Below, piece by piece: positions 1 to 9,487 of a stretch of 21,928 nt of DNA. The notes beneath the pieces were generated by a model. The model saw nothing but the letters and a program-made list of their open reading frames with translations. It ran no database searches and had not been told where the DNA came from. This DNA comes from an uncultured archaeon (GTDB lineage: Archaea > Asgardarchaeota > Lokiarchaeia > Sigyniarchaeales > SOKP01). The position numbers and the translations under genes were made by a program. Where the stretch lies: NCBI GenBank assembly GCA_964632315.1, contig CAZWEM010000027.1:33614-55541 (forward strand). The letters run 5' to 3'. The first letter of the stretch is position 1. The number at the start of each line of letters is the position of its first letter.

Positions 1-137
1 GGAGGAACAGTTACTTTTAAATTAGAATAAAAACCTTTCTGAATCATTCTTGAGATATTTGGAAGTTTATTTTGTTTAATTAAAGGTAAAATTTGTTCAA
101 AAGAACCTCCATCTATTCCTAATATGATATTTTTCAA
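1..137 (-). CDS. AlkP-superfamily (COG3379-like, nucleotide pyrophosphatase/phosphodiesterase-type) protein, N-terminal part; runs off the left edge
   Basis: Not in the ORF track. My translation of the minus strand from TTG at 137 gives MKNIILGIDGGSFEQILPLIKQNKLPNISRMIQKGFYSNLKVTVP(P). This aligns with the N-terminus of ORF 2658..3956 (MNIVIGIDGGSF...TPNFKRLIENGFSANLRVTNPP). SD-like GGGGA lies just upstream. Confidence 0.9.
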   Translation of the reverse strand, partial: MKNIILGIDGGSFEQILPLIKQNKLPNISRMIQKGFYSNLKVTVP

Positions 138-196
138 TATGATCCCCTTTAGATGCTAGATTTTAAAAAATAATAAAACTTGTAAATTATAAGATA

Positions 197-1348
197 TTAA
201 TGTGCCTCAATACCTAATTGCTCAGTATGATCTTTAAAATATCGCACCCCTTCTTGAATGATATCTAAAATTGTTTTGGTAGGTCTCCAACCTATCTGGT
301 TGACTATTTTATCATTTTTACCAATTAATAAGGGAACTTCACTTGGGCGCAATCGTTCTGGATCCACATAGACAGCAGTATCGAGATTATAAATTTTCTT
401 AGCTAATTTAACATAATTAGCTACTGTAATCCCTTTACCCGAACATACATTGTATGGTTCTCCAAATTTCTTACTTTCACTAACTAAAATATAAGCATTT
501 ACGGTATCTTTAACATGAGTGAAATCTCTTATTGCATTTGGGTTTCCAACAACTATCTTATCCGATTTACCTAGTAAGACTTCTACTATTTGTCTATGGA
601 CAACACTTGTAACAAATTGAATTCCCCGCCTAGGACCCTCATGGTTAAACCCGCGTGTTATGATTGAGGGTACTCCATAAGAATTATGATATAGCCAAGC
701 GATTTGCTCGGTAGAAACTTTAGTTATTCCATATATACTACGTGGACGGAAAGGATTTCTTTTCAATTCTTCCGAAATAGGTACTTCTGACGGGTCTACC
801 AACCCATACTGTTCACTACTACAAGCCACTTGTATGCTCTCTAATTCACTTCCAAACTTCCGAGCAGCTTCAAATATTTTTATCGTGCCTACAATGTTAT
901 TAGTAATGACTCTTGCAGGTTCTCTAAATGAAGTAGGAACAAATGATTCGGCTGCTAGGTGAAATACTGCGTGAGGTTTAATATTTTCAAAAATTTCATT
1001 AATTCTTTCGGAACTGGTGATATCAGCTTCATGTAAGTGAATATGACCTCTAAGATGTTCAATGTTTTCGTGCATGGGAACGGCATGGCGCCGTATTGTT
1101 CCGTGAACTTCACATCCTAAGTCAATTAATTGTTCTGCTAGATGACTTCCGGCAAATCCACTAATCCCAGTTATTAAAACTCTTTTTTCTTCCCATTTTT
1201 TCTTATTTGGCATAACCGAATCCGTGCGTTTAAATTTCTCTAGATAAGAATCAATATTTTCTGGAGTGATTATATATCCAGATCTCTCCAACTCTTCAAC
1301 TCTGGGATTTTCTTCCAAAACTTCTGCAATAGGAATTAGTTCTTTCAT
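197..1348 (-). CDS. gmd: GDP-mannose 4,6-dehydratase-like extended SDR with ~50-aa N-terminal extension
   Basis: GISGFAG Rossmann motif, RR after beta2, HLAAESFVPTSF, SSE catalytic segment, YGITK (YxxxK), NHEGPRRG..FVT, GNPNAIRDF, LRPSEV. Confidence 0.82.
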   Translation of the reverse strand: MKELIPIAEVLEENPRVEELERSGYIITPENIDSYLEKFKRTDSVMPNKKKWEEKRVLITGISGFAGSHLAEQLIDLGCEVHGTIRRHAVPMHENIEHLRGHIHLHEADITSSERINEIFENIKPHAVFHLAAESFVPTSFREPARVITNNIVGTIKIFEAARKFGSELESIQVACSSEQYGLVDPSEVPISEELKRNPFRPRSIYGITKVSTEQIAWLYHNSYGVPSIITRGFNHEGPRRGIQFVTSVVHRQIVEVLLGKSDKIVVGNPNAIRDFTHVKDTVNAYILVSESKKFGEPYNVCSGKGITVANYVKLAKKIYNLDTAVYVDPERLRPSEVPLLIGKNDKIVNQIGWRPTKTILDIIQEGVRYFKDHTEQLGIEAH

Positions 1349-1507
1349 ATTTGTATTTGATAAATCCTCAATCTGATTTTAATTTATTTATTAATAAAAG
1401 TCGCGGATTTTAATAAGTTTTGAATTGATGATTAAAGAGATTAAAATTAACACTATAAGAGAGATTCAAAATTATTATAAGCTAATTATGATTTTAACAT
1501 ATGGAAT

Positions 1508-2572
1508 ATGATTAAGATCCGTACTTTAATTGGACGTAAACTTAATTATGTCAATGGGATTCTAAGGAGACAAATCGAATTAGATCGTTATTTACATACA
1601 CTTGAGGAGGTTCAACTCGAATATCTCTACTATGAAGCACCATTAAATCCTATCGATTTTATCTCAAAAAGATACGTTTTATTTCCATATTATAGTATCC
1701 GTAATATGAATGAAAAAAATGCAGTAAATCATATCACTTTTCAATATCTTGGAGATCTAGGGCATTTTCTGAATAGAAATAACACCATTGTCACGTGTCA
1801 TGATATTTCTACTTTTTTGGAAAAATCTAGTTTTCGAAGTCCATTTTTCGTAAAAGCATATTCAAGAGAAGGGTTAAAAAAATGCAGATATATCATCGCT
1901 ATATCAGAATTCACTAAACAAGAACTCATCTCAAAATTAGGAATTAGAGAGGAGAAAATCATAGTTATTAAAAATGGCATGAATCAAGGGATCTTTAAAC
2001 CAATAAAAAATGAAGATCTTAAATCCATTACTCCCCTATACCCAGAATTCAAGAAGATTTTACATGTGGGTACCGAAATTGATCGGAAGAATTTCCTAAC
2101 TTTATTAAAGGCATTTTATCTTCTTAAAAAAAAGGGTTACAAGATAAAACTTATACGAGTTGGAAAACCATCTTTTAAAGGTGTAATTAAGCAATTAGGG
2201 TTAGAAAAAGATGTACATTATCTCGCCAATATCAGCAATGAAAGATTAAATGAAATATATAATTTATGTGATCTTTTTGTATTTCCATCATTTTATGAAG
2301 GGTGGGGTGCTCCTGGCTTAGAAGCTGCCTCCGCAGGCACTCCAGTAATATGTAGCGATATTCCAATTTTCAGGGAAGTATTTCAAGATTTTCCAATATT
2401 TTTTCCCCCTAAAGACTATAAAGAATTAGTTAATATTATAAAAGACACGCTTAATGATGATTATACTATGAGCAAGATGAGAGAGAGGGGATTAAATGTT
2501 GTTAAAAAATATTCCTGGAAAGAATCTTCAATTAAATATCTCAAGTTAGTTCAAAAAGTGATTAATGATTAA
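1508..2572 (+). CDS. GT4 family glycosyltransferase (GT-B fold)
   Basis: TCHD, AISEFTK, RKN, FVFPSFYEGWGAPGLEA (EX7E motif), PVICSDIP. Confidence 0.92.
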   Translation: MIKIRTLIGRKLNYVNGILRRQIELDRYLHTLEEVQLEYLYYEAPLNPIDFISKRYVLFPYYSIRNMNEKNAVNHITFQYLGDLGHFLNRNNTIVTCHDISTFLEKSSFRSPFFVKAYSREGLKKCRYIIAISEFTKQELISKLGIREEKIIVIKNGMNQGIFKPIKNEDLKSITPLYPEFKKILHVGTEIDRKNFLTLLKAFYLLKKKGYKIKLIRVGKPSFKGVIKQLGLEKDVHYLANISNERLNEIYNLCDLFVFPSFYEGWGAPGLEAASAGTPVICSDIPIFREVFQDFPIFFPPKDYKELVNIIKDTLNDDYTMSKMRERGLNVVKKYSWKESSIKYLKLVQKVIND

Positions 2573-2657
2573 TTAACGGTTTATGAACGTGAAAATATAT
2601 TTTGGTTCATAATTTTTAATAATTATTAATTCACGAAAAAATAGATGGAGATATTTT

Positions 2658-3956
2658 TTGAATATTGTTATAGGTATTGACGGGGGAAGTTTTAAGCATC
2701 TCAATATTGTGTTGCAAAGAGGATTAACACCTAATTTTAAGCGATTAATTGAAAATGGATTTTCTGCTAATCTTAGAGTGACCAATCCTCCAATTACTAT
2801 CCCATCGTGGCCCTGCACATTCTCAGGATTAACTCCTGAAGATCTAGGGTTCTATTATTTTACTCATCCTGATAAAGGCTTATTTAATTCCTCATATTGG
2901 AGAAATAAGTCGATTTTTTCACTAATCAACGAAAAATCTTTTATAATGAATGTCCCAGGAACATTCCCCTCTTGGAAAGTTAACGGAGAAATGATAACTG
3001 GTATGCTTTCTCCATCCATTAGTTGTTTTCCTTCAGAACTTAAACTCTCAATTCAAAAAAATTGGATTATAGATGCTGACAATGTTCCAGAATCCTTTTT
3101 TGCATTTAAGCAAAAATCCTCACTATTTCTAGAGAAAATGAAGGAAGATTTCAAATTTTTAACGTATGTAATAAGAATTCCAGATAATTTAACTCACCGT
3201 TCACATGGGGGAAAAGAAAAAACTTTAAGCTTAATCTATCAAGTATATTTAAAAATTGACAAGTTTCTTGGTAAAATTCTTGAGAATGAACAAGTTGATA
3301 ATATAATTATCGTTAGTGATCACGGTCTGAAACACTATTCTAAAGGATTTTATATCCGAAGATGGTTAGAGAAAAAAGGGATATTATTTATTAATACCCC
3401 AAAACCTAATAAACTGTTAAATGTACTACTAAAATCGTTTGACTTCATCAGGTTGTTTGTTAATAGCAGTTATTTAAAAAAATATTTTAACAAATTTTTA
3501 CATCTGAAGATTATAAAGTCTAAAATAAAGATTCCCCAACATTCTATAATGAAGATTGATCGAAATATAACACGTGTTAAAAATTTTTGTTCTAATATTG
3601 GAGGAATTATCTTGATTGGAAAGGATAAACAAAAAAATGGAATTTTATACAAGGAATTACTAAAGTCTCACTATGTAGATAACGTGATCAGGTCAACCTC
3701 TGAAGATTTTCCTGATTTCATTGTTTCTCTTAAGAAAGATTATTATTTCTGTGAGGAATCTTCCCTATATATAAAGAGAAGGAGAGATATCATTGATCAT
3801 AGCAATAAAGGACTATTTATTGCATATGGAAAAAATATTAAATCCGGGAAAGAGGATTTCGTTTCTTATCAAAATGTAGCTCCAACTTTATTAAAATTGT
3901 TAAACATCGCCAAACCAGACTACATGAAAGGAGAAGCTTTGGATATCATTAATTAG
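2658..3956 (+). CDS. AlkP-superfamily COG3379-like protein (predicted Thr nucleophile)
   Basis: GIDG metal-ligand Asp, PPITIPSW nucleophile motif, NVPGTFP, DNLTH, SDHG, C-terminal DH and VAPTLL..MKG. TTG start with GGAG upstream. No signal peptide evident. Confidence 0.88.
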   Translation: MNIVIGIDGGSFKHLNIVLQRGLTPNFKRLIENGFSANLRVTNPPITIPSWPCTFSGLTPEDLGFYYFTHPDKGLFNSSYWRNKSIFSLINEKSFIMNVPGTFPSWKVNGEMITGMLSPSISCFPSELKLSIQKNWIIDADNVPESFFAFKQKSSLFLEKMKEDFKFLTYVIRIPDNLTHRSHGGKEKTLSLIYQVYLKIDKFLGKILENEQVDNIIIVSDHGLKHYSKGFYIRRWLEKKGILFINTPKPNKLLNVLLKSFDFIRLFVNSSYLKKYFNKFLHLKIIKSKIKIPQHSIMKIDRNITRVKNFCSNIGGIILIGKDKQKNGILYKELLKSHYVDNVIRSTSEDFPDFIVSLKKDYYFCEESSLYIKRRRDIIDHSNKGLFIAYGKNIKSGKEDFVSYQNVAPTLLKLLNIAKPDYMKGEALDIIN

Positions 3957-3973
3957 TCAGTAATTGAAAAGAC

Positions 3974-5200
3974 TCAGAGGTTTTTTCTTTTTCTAAGTTT
4001 TTCTCCTCTGAAAATTAATAATTCAAAAGCTATGTAGAGGTGAACAAAAGCTTCTACATAGATATAAAACAGTATCTTGACAAAAAATAAGATATTCACT
4101 GATATTTGAAACTCCTTTTCCACGGCCTTATTAAAAAAAATTAACCTTCTAATTTTAAGGAGGAAAGAACTAATAAAAATAACAATACCTAAAGAGACAA
4201 ACCCAAAATTTACAAATATTAGGAAGGGATAAATCAATAAATATGCTCCTAAAATTGTTACGATAATTACCTTTAAGATCGTTTTTTTAAGATTAGTTTC
4301 AAATGAGTAAATTCGTGCATTTTCATTCCATCGGATTTTTTGCTTTACCCAAGATCTAATAGTATCTGGTATAACACTGTAAATACCCGCTCGATAATTA
4401 GGTAATCTAAAAATTTTAAATCCTTTTGAAATGATATCATGCCCCCGTGAGCTATCCTCTGCCCAATTTCTATTTGTATTAAATTGACCAACTGCTTTTA
4501 TCACTTTATATGATACTACAGTACTAGATCCTCCTATTGATTTTCCTTTGTATAGACTATATTTATTTCTAAAAAAATAGTAACGATTAAATTTGTGATA
4601 TTTAATAAGATCTTTATCTTTTTGATAATCTAACGGCCTGTGACCCGCTACGACGACATCTTCTCCATTATTGACAATAGGGTAAATCATTCTTAATAAT
4701 ATTTCATCAGTGAAAAGAACGTCAGCATCAACCATAAACACTAACCCTTCAGTGAGGTAACCTAAGCAATCATTTAATGCAGCTATCTTTCCTCGTCCAG
4801 TCTTTTGAATCAAAATCAGAAATACTTTGCTTTCTTTAAACTTGTTAGCTATTCGGATAGTCTCCTCGCTACCACCCGCATTCACAATAACTCTAAGCTT
4901 AGGATAATTAAGTTCTGAGCAAGAGATTAAGGATTTCTCGAAATGTTCTCCTTCGTTCCAAGCGGGAATAAGAATATTAACTAAAGGGAGATCTTTTAAA
5001 TCTTGTAGTCTTATTGTTTTAGGTCCCTGATATTGCTTCAAAGGTTTTAAATATCTTCTGTCTCTTAAGAAAATTAGCACTATATGGATAATTATAATAC
5101 TAGGAATCATAATGATTAAAAATTCAATTGAATTTAGAAACTTCCAGATCTCGTTAACCCAAAAATATAATGAATCAACAATTTCCATATCAACACTCAT
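3974..5200 (-). CDS. Membrane-bound GT2 glycosyltransferase with processive-type signature
   Basis: N-terminal TM, ILIPAWNE, GKIAALN, DAD, ED, QKIRW (QxxRW), several C-terminal hydrophobic helices. Confidence 0.88.
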   Translation of the reverse strand: MSVDMEIVDSLYFWVNEIWKFLNSIEFLIIMIPSIIIIHIVLIFLRDRRYLKPLKQYQGPKTIRLQDLKDLPLVNILIPAWNEGEHFEKSLISCSELNYPKLRVIVNAGGSEETIRIANKFKESKVFLILIQKTGRGKIAALNDCLGYLTEGLVFMVDADVLFTDEILLRMIYPIVNNGEDVVVAGHRPLDYQKDKDLIKYHKFNRYYFFRNKYSLYKGKSIGGSSTVVSYKVIKAVGQFNTNRNWAEDSSRGHDIISKGFKIFRLPNYRAGIYSVIPDTIRSWVKQKIRWNENARIYSFETNLKKTILKVIIVTILGAYLLIYPFLIFVNFGFVSLGIVIFISSFLLKIRRLIFFNKAVEKEFQISVNILFFVKILFYIYVEAFVHLYIAFELLIFRGEKLRKRKNL

Positions 5201-5373
5201 GTTAAATAATAATCTAATAATATAAAACTTTTTTATTTTAAAGCTTCGAGATAGAGAAGAAATCGCTAATAGAAAATCAATTATTTAGTAAAATGAGTAT
5301 ATATGAAATTTTTTATCATACGCAACCTTTTAAAATATCATACAATATCATCATTTTATCTTCAAATAACTAA

Positions 5374-6621
5374 ATGAAACCTAGAAATGTTATCTTAGGG
5401 ATCGATGGCATTCCTTATGAATTGATGAAAAATCTCTCTGATAAGGATATTATGCCGAATTTTAAAGAGTTGTGTAAAAATTACATATTTCTTCGATTAA
5501 AATCTTCAATTCCTCATATCTCATCCGTGTCTTGGAGTTCAATTATCACTGGCAAGAATCCAGGTGAGCATGGTATTTTTGGGTTCACAGACATTATCAG
5601 AAACACTTACTCACTGAGTTTTCCAAATTTCAACACCTTAAAATGCAAGCCCTTTTGGCATAATAAGCCATCTCAAAGACACATAATCTTAAACGTTCCT
5701 TCTACATATCCAGCAAAAGAACTGAACGGCATTCATATTGCAGGTTTTGTCGCCTTGGATTTAAAAAAAGCAACTTATCCCATGGAATATGTTGAATTTT
5801 TGAAAAACTTAAAATATGAAATTGATATTGATACCAGTTTAGCTCATGAACAATCTCAAGAATTATTATTTAACGAATTAAGTCGTGTGTTATCTATTAG
5901 AAAAAAAACATATCAAAGCTTATGGAATGAATTTAAATGGGATAATTTTATGGTCGTCATTACTAGTACCGACAGGTTTGGCCATTTCTTATGGAATACA
6001 TACGAGAATGAAAATCATGAAAATCATGATAGATGTTTATCTTTTTTTAGAGAAGTAGACGATTTTATCGGAGATATTTACAGTAAATTAGGTGAAAATG
6101 ATACTTTTATAATTTTATCAGATCATGGCATGGAAAGTGTTAATGTAAATTTTAACCTAAACACCTTTTTAGAACAAGAAGGATATCTAAAATTAGGTTC
6201 AGAGGGCAAAAATTACAATCGAATATTGAAAGAAACAAAAGCTTTTGTGTTAGATCCGGGTAGGGTTTACTTAAACCGAAGTAAAAGATATCCAAATGGA
6301 AGTGTTAGTGAGTCGGAAGGAAAATCAATTCTTGATGGTTTAAAGAATTCCTTGCTTGACTTGAAATATGAAGGAAAAAAGGTTATAAAGAAGATTTATG
6401 AAAAAGAAAAGATATACCATGGTCCTTATGTAAATCTTGCTCCCGATTTAGTAATTCATGAAGAATCTGGTTATCAACCAAAAGGTAATATTGGAAAGAT
6501 AAATTTATTTGAAAAGGATAATTTTAGTGGCATGCATAATGCTAATGCATTTATTCTAATAAATAAGGATATTGATATTGAATATCCTTCTGTAGAAAAT
6601 ATAATTGAGTTTATGGTTTGA
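5374..6621 (+). CDS. AlkP-superfamily COG3379-like protein (predicted Ser nucleophile)
   Basis: GIDG, SSIPHISSVSWSSIITGKNPGEHGIFGF, NVPSTYP, DRFGH, SDHG, APDLV, SGMH. Its stop overlaps the TTG of the next gene (TTGA at 6618-6621). Confidence 0.9.
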   Translation: MKPRNVILGIDGIPYELMKNLSDKDIMPNFKELCKNYIFLRLKSSIPHISSVSWSSIITGKNPGEHGIFGFTDIIRNTYSLSFPNFNTLKCKPFWHNKPSQRHIILNVPSTYPAKELNGIHIAGFVALDLKKATYPMEYVEFLKNLKYEIDIDTSLAHEQSQELLFNELSRVLSIRKKTYQSLWNEFKWDNFMVVITSTDRFGHFLWNTYENENHENHDRCLSFFREVDDFIGDIYSKLGENDTFIILSDHGMESVNVNFNLNTFLEQEGYLKLGSEGKNYNRILKETKAFVLDPGRVYLNRSKRYPNGSVSESEGKSILDGLKNSLLDLKYEGKKVIKKIYEKEKIYHGPYVNLAPDLVIHEESGYQPKGNIGKINLFEKDNFSGMHNANAFILINKDIDIEYPSVENIIEFMV

Positions 6622-8144
6622 CTTTTATGAAGAAATTACACAATGCAAATAAGACATGTTGGAATTGTCCAGCAGCAAAATTAATGGGAAATATTGACTT
6701 CAGGGCATGTGGACAAGCAGGAAAATTAAATCTAGATGCTGATGAAGATCAAGAGATCGTGATCGAGTGTAGAAGACGCCCAGAATTAGGTTACTTCGAG
6801 CCTAACATCACCTTTGAACAGTGCCCCGAATGGGAAGCAACTGATTTTGGATACATCCTTAAAAACATGAAAGTAATGATACTTGGAATTGATGGGTATC
6901 TGGGATGGACTTTAGCCCTGAAACTGGGAAAATTAGGATTTCAAGTTAGTGGTCTTGATAATTACACCCGAAGAGATTGCGTGATGGAAAAAGGAGCCCA
7001 TACAGTCATCCCAATACCTAGGATGACCGAAAGGTTAAAGGCAGCTAATGATCTCTTGGGAATAAATATTTATTTCAGAAAGATTGATCTTAATGATGAG
7101 GCAAAAGTCCGTGAGTTTGTTGATGAGGTGAAACCAGAATCAATCGTTCATTATGGAGAGATTCCAAGCGCACCCTATAGCATGGCAGATTTAAACCATG
7201 CGGTAAAAGTGCAAAATAATAATGTTTTAGCCACCTTGAAACTTTTATGGATCATGAAAGATATTGTCCCAGAATCTACCTTAATCAAATTAGGTACAAT
7301 GGGAGAATATGGAACACCATTAACCGGAAGACCTCTCTTTGAAGGGTTGTTTCCTGCAGATGCAATGATTAAATGGGACGATCGAGAGTGGAGTTTGGGA
7401 GGAGAAACGACTCCTAGGGATCCGGCAAGTTATTACCACGTGAGCAAGGTTCAAGATACCTTTAATATACTAGAGGCCTGTAAATATTGGTGGCTAAGAT
7501 CTTATGATGTCATGCAAGGCGTCATTTATGGAGTATATACTGAGGAAATTGCATCAGATAAACGTTTGAGAACTCGATTTGATATTGATGAATGGTTTGG
7601 AACAGTGATTAATCGATTTGTTTCACAAGCTGTCTCAGACATCCCATTAACAATATATGGTAAAGGAGAGCAAATTAGAGGTTTTATTGCGCTCAATGAT
7701 GCAATGCAATGCATGGTTCGTTTAATAATATCTCCTCCAGAGCCAGGTCAATATGATGTGGTAAACCAAGTTTCTGGTTTGTATAAAGTGAACGATTTAG
7801 CTGAAACGGTTGCGAGAGTTGGTATTAATAAATTCAACCTAGATGTTAAAATTCAACGATTAGAAAATCCAAGAGTGGAAGCTGACACCCATCCATTTGA
7901 AGTAGTCTCCAAAAAATTACCGAGAGTATTTGGCTTCAATCCACAAATATCCTTAGATGAAGAAATTGAACGAATGATGAGGGTGTTAAGAGAAGATGAA
8001 ATTAAATCTCGAATTGATCAAAAACGACAAACTATCATGCCTGTAACTACGTGGCAAGGCGAAAAACGGAAAATGAAGGAACTCGAGCAATATAATCCAG
8101 GAACTAAAAAAGCTGAGGGATATAATCCTATTTTTGACACGTAA
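6618..8144 (+). CDS. sqdB: UDP-sulfoquinovose synthase (SqdB/SQD1/Agl3 family) with extra Cys-rich N-terminal domain; start may be ATG 6627
   Basis: GIDGYLG, DNYTRR, HYGEIPSAPYSM, KLGTMGEYGTP, SYYHVSKVQD, QGVIYG, FGTVINRF, PLTIYGKGEQIRGF and NPRVE all match SQD1/SqdB motifs. The SDR domain begins at Met84 (6867). Confidence 0.92.
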   Translation: MTFMKKLHNANKTCWNCPAAKLMGNIDFRACGQAGKLNLDADEDQEIVIECRRRPELGYFEPNITFEQCPEWEATDFGYILKNMKVMILGIDGYLGWTLALKLGKLGFQVSGLDNYTRRDCVMEKGAHTVIPIPRMTERLKAANDLLGINIYFRKIDLNDEAKVREFVDEVKPESIVHYGEIPSAPYSMADLNHAVKVQNNNVLATLKLLWIMKDIVPESTLIKLGTMGEYGTPLTGRPLFEGLFPADAMIKWDDREWSLGGETTPRDPASYYHVSKVQDTFNILEACKYWWLRSYDVMQGVIYGVYTEEIASDKRLRTRFDIDEWFGTVINRFVSQAVSDIPLTIYGKGEQIRGFIALNDAMQCMVRLIISPPEPGQYDVVNQVSGLYKVNDLAETVARVGINKFNLDVKIQRLENPRVEADTHPFEVVSKKLPRVFGFNPQISLDEEIERMMRVLREDEIKSRIDQKRQTIMPVTTWQGEKRKMKELEQYNPGTKKAEGYNPIFDT

Positions 8145-8234
8145 TTTTCTTCAATCCCCCCAGAACCCTTAATTTGTTCTTAGATTAGAAAATAAAAAAC
8201 TCTAAAATTTAGTATCAATTAAATTTAATAACTC

Positions 8235-8546
8235 ATGGAAGTGACTGATAAAACCTTTGAAAAGGAGATCCTTCTTTCTAAGAAACCAGTTCTTATTGAA
8301 TATTGGGCTTCATGGTGTGTACCATGTCAGATGATGGATTACGTTTTAAAAGAATTAGAAGTAGATTATGGAGATAAGCTCAAAATCGCCAAACTAAATA
8401 TCGACCGAAATCGTAAAACACCAAGAAAATTCGAACTTACCGGTGTTCCGACGGTCATGACGTTTAAAGGTGGTCATGTCATTGAAACCAGAGTTGGAGC
8501 ACAATCTAAAAAGAATCTTATTCAAATGATCGAAAGGGTATTATAA
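8235..8546 (+). CDS. trxA: Thioredoxin
   Basis: 103 aa, PVLIEYWASWCVPC, GVPT cis-Pro motif, VGA. 1-nt TAATG overlap with the next gene. Confidence 0.93.
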   Translation: MEVTDKTFEKEILLSKKPVLIEYWASWCVPCQMMDYVLKELEVDYGDKLKIAKLNIDRNRKTPRKFELTGVPTVMTFKGGHVIETRVGAQSKKNLIQMIERVL

Positions 8547-9487
8547 TGATGAAAGTATTGATAACTGGTGGATGTGGATTTATCGGATCTAACTTAACAG
8601 AATTTCTATTAAATCAAACTGACTGGGAAATTAACATTTTGGATGATCTTTCTAATGGGAGTTTAGAAAATATTCAATCGCTTGAAAACTACAAAGGAAG
8701 AGTACAATTTTTTAAAGGCTCGATTTTAAATGATAAAGATATTGCTTTAGCGATTAATGAGTGTGATTATGTAATAAACCTAGCCGCTCAAACGAGTGTT
8801 TTGAATTCCATTAAGAATCCTTTAGAAGACTTGCGTCATAACGTTTTTGGATTATTACAATTACTACTGAAATCTAAAGATTCAGGTGTCAAGAAATTAA
8901 TTCAAGCATCCTCAGGAGCAGCTCTAGGAGATCAGGCAATGCCAATTCATGAATTGAAAATTCCACAACCAATTTCACCCTACGGAGCGAGTAAATTGGC
9001 CGGAGAAGGTTACTGCTCTGTATTTTCTGAAACATATGACCTTAAATGCGTGGTGTTACGATTTTCAAATGTTTATGGCCCAAGATCTCAATATAAGAGC
9101 TCAGTAATTGCAAAATTTATAAAAAAATTTCTAAATCATGAATTACTTGAGATTTATGGGGATGGCAATCAAACAAGAGATTTCATTCATGTAAGGGATA
9201 TATGCAGAGGAATCTATGAATCACTGGTTCAAGATACAGGAAAATATAATTTGTTTCAATTGGGTTCCGGAAAAGAAACAATTTTAAATGATATGCTCCA
9301 CATTTTAGTTGAAATAGCCAGAAAAAATGACATTGAAATCCCTGAAATCAAAAATGTTGATCCTAAACCAGGAGAAATCCTTCGAAACTATGCTGATATT
9401 AGTAAAGCTTCAAAAAAATTAGGTTTTTCATGTGAAATAGATTTAAAACAAGGATTGAAAGAAACTCTTAAATGGTTCATTGCTTAG
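8546..9487 (+). CDS. NAD-dependent nucleotide-sugar epimerase (UDP-glucose 4-epimerase-like extended SDR)
   Basis: GGCGFIG, DDLSNG, NLAAQTSV, SPYGASK, RFSNVYGP, GDGNQTRDFIHV. Confidence 0.88.
   Translation: MMKVLITGGCGFIGSNLTEFLLNQTDWEINILDDLSNGSLENIQSLENYKGRVQFFKGSILNDKDIALAINECDYVINLAAQTSVLNSIKNPLEDLRHNVFGLLQLLLKSKDSGVKKLIQASSGAALGDQAMPIHELKIPQPISPYGASKLAGEGYCSVFSETYDLKCVVLRFSNVYGPRSQYKSSVIAKFIKKFLNHELLEIYGDGNQTRDFIHVRDICRGIYESLVQDTGKYNLFQLGSGKETILNDMLHILVEIARKNDIEIPEIKNVDPKPGEILRNYADISKASKKLGFSCEIDLKQGLKETLKWFIA

Noticed and set aside
1270-6860. GY-containing segments (LERSGYI in the Gmd extension; ELGYF and DFGYI in the SqdB extension) resembling the RLRDLGYI tail
   Set aside because: Too short, internal rather than terminal, and likely chance matches.
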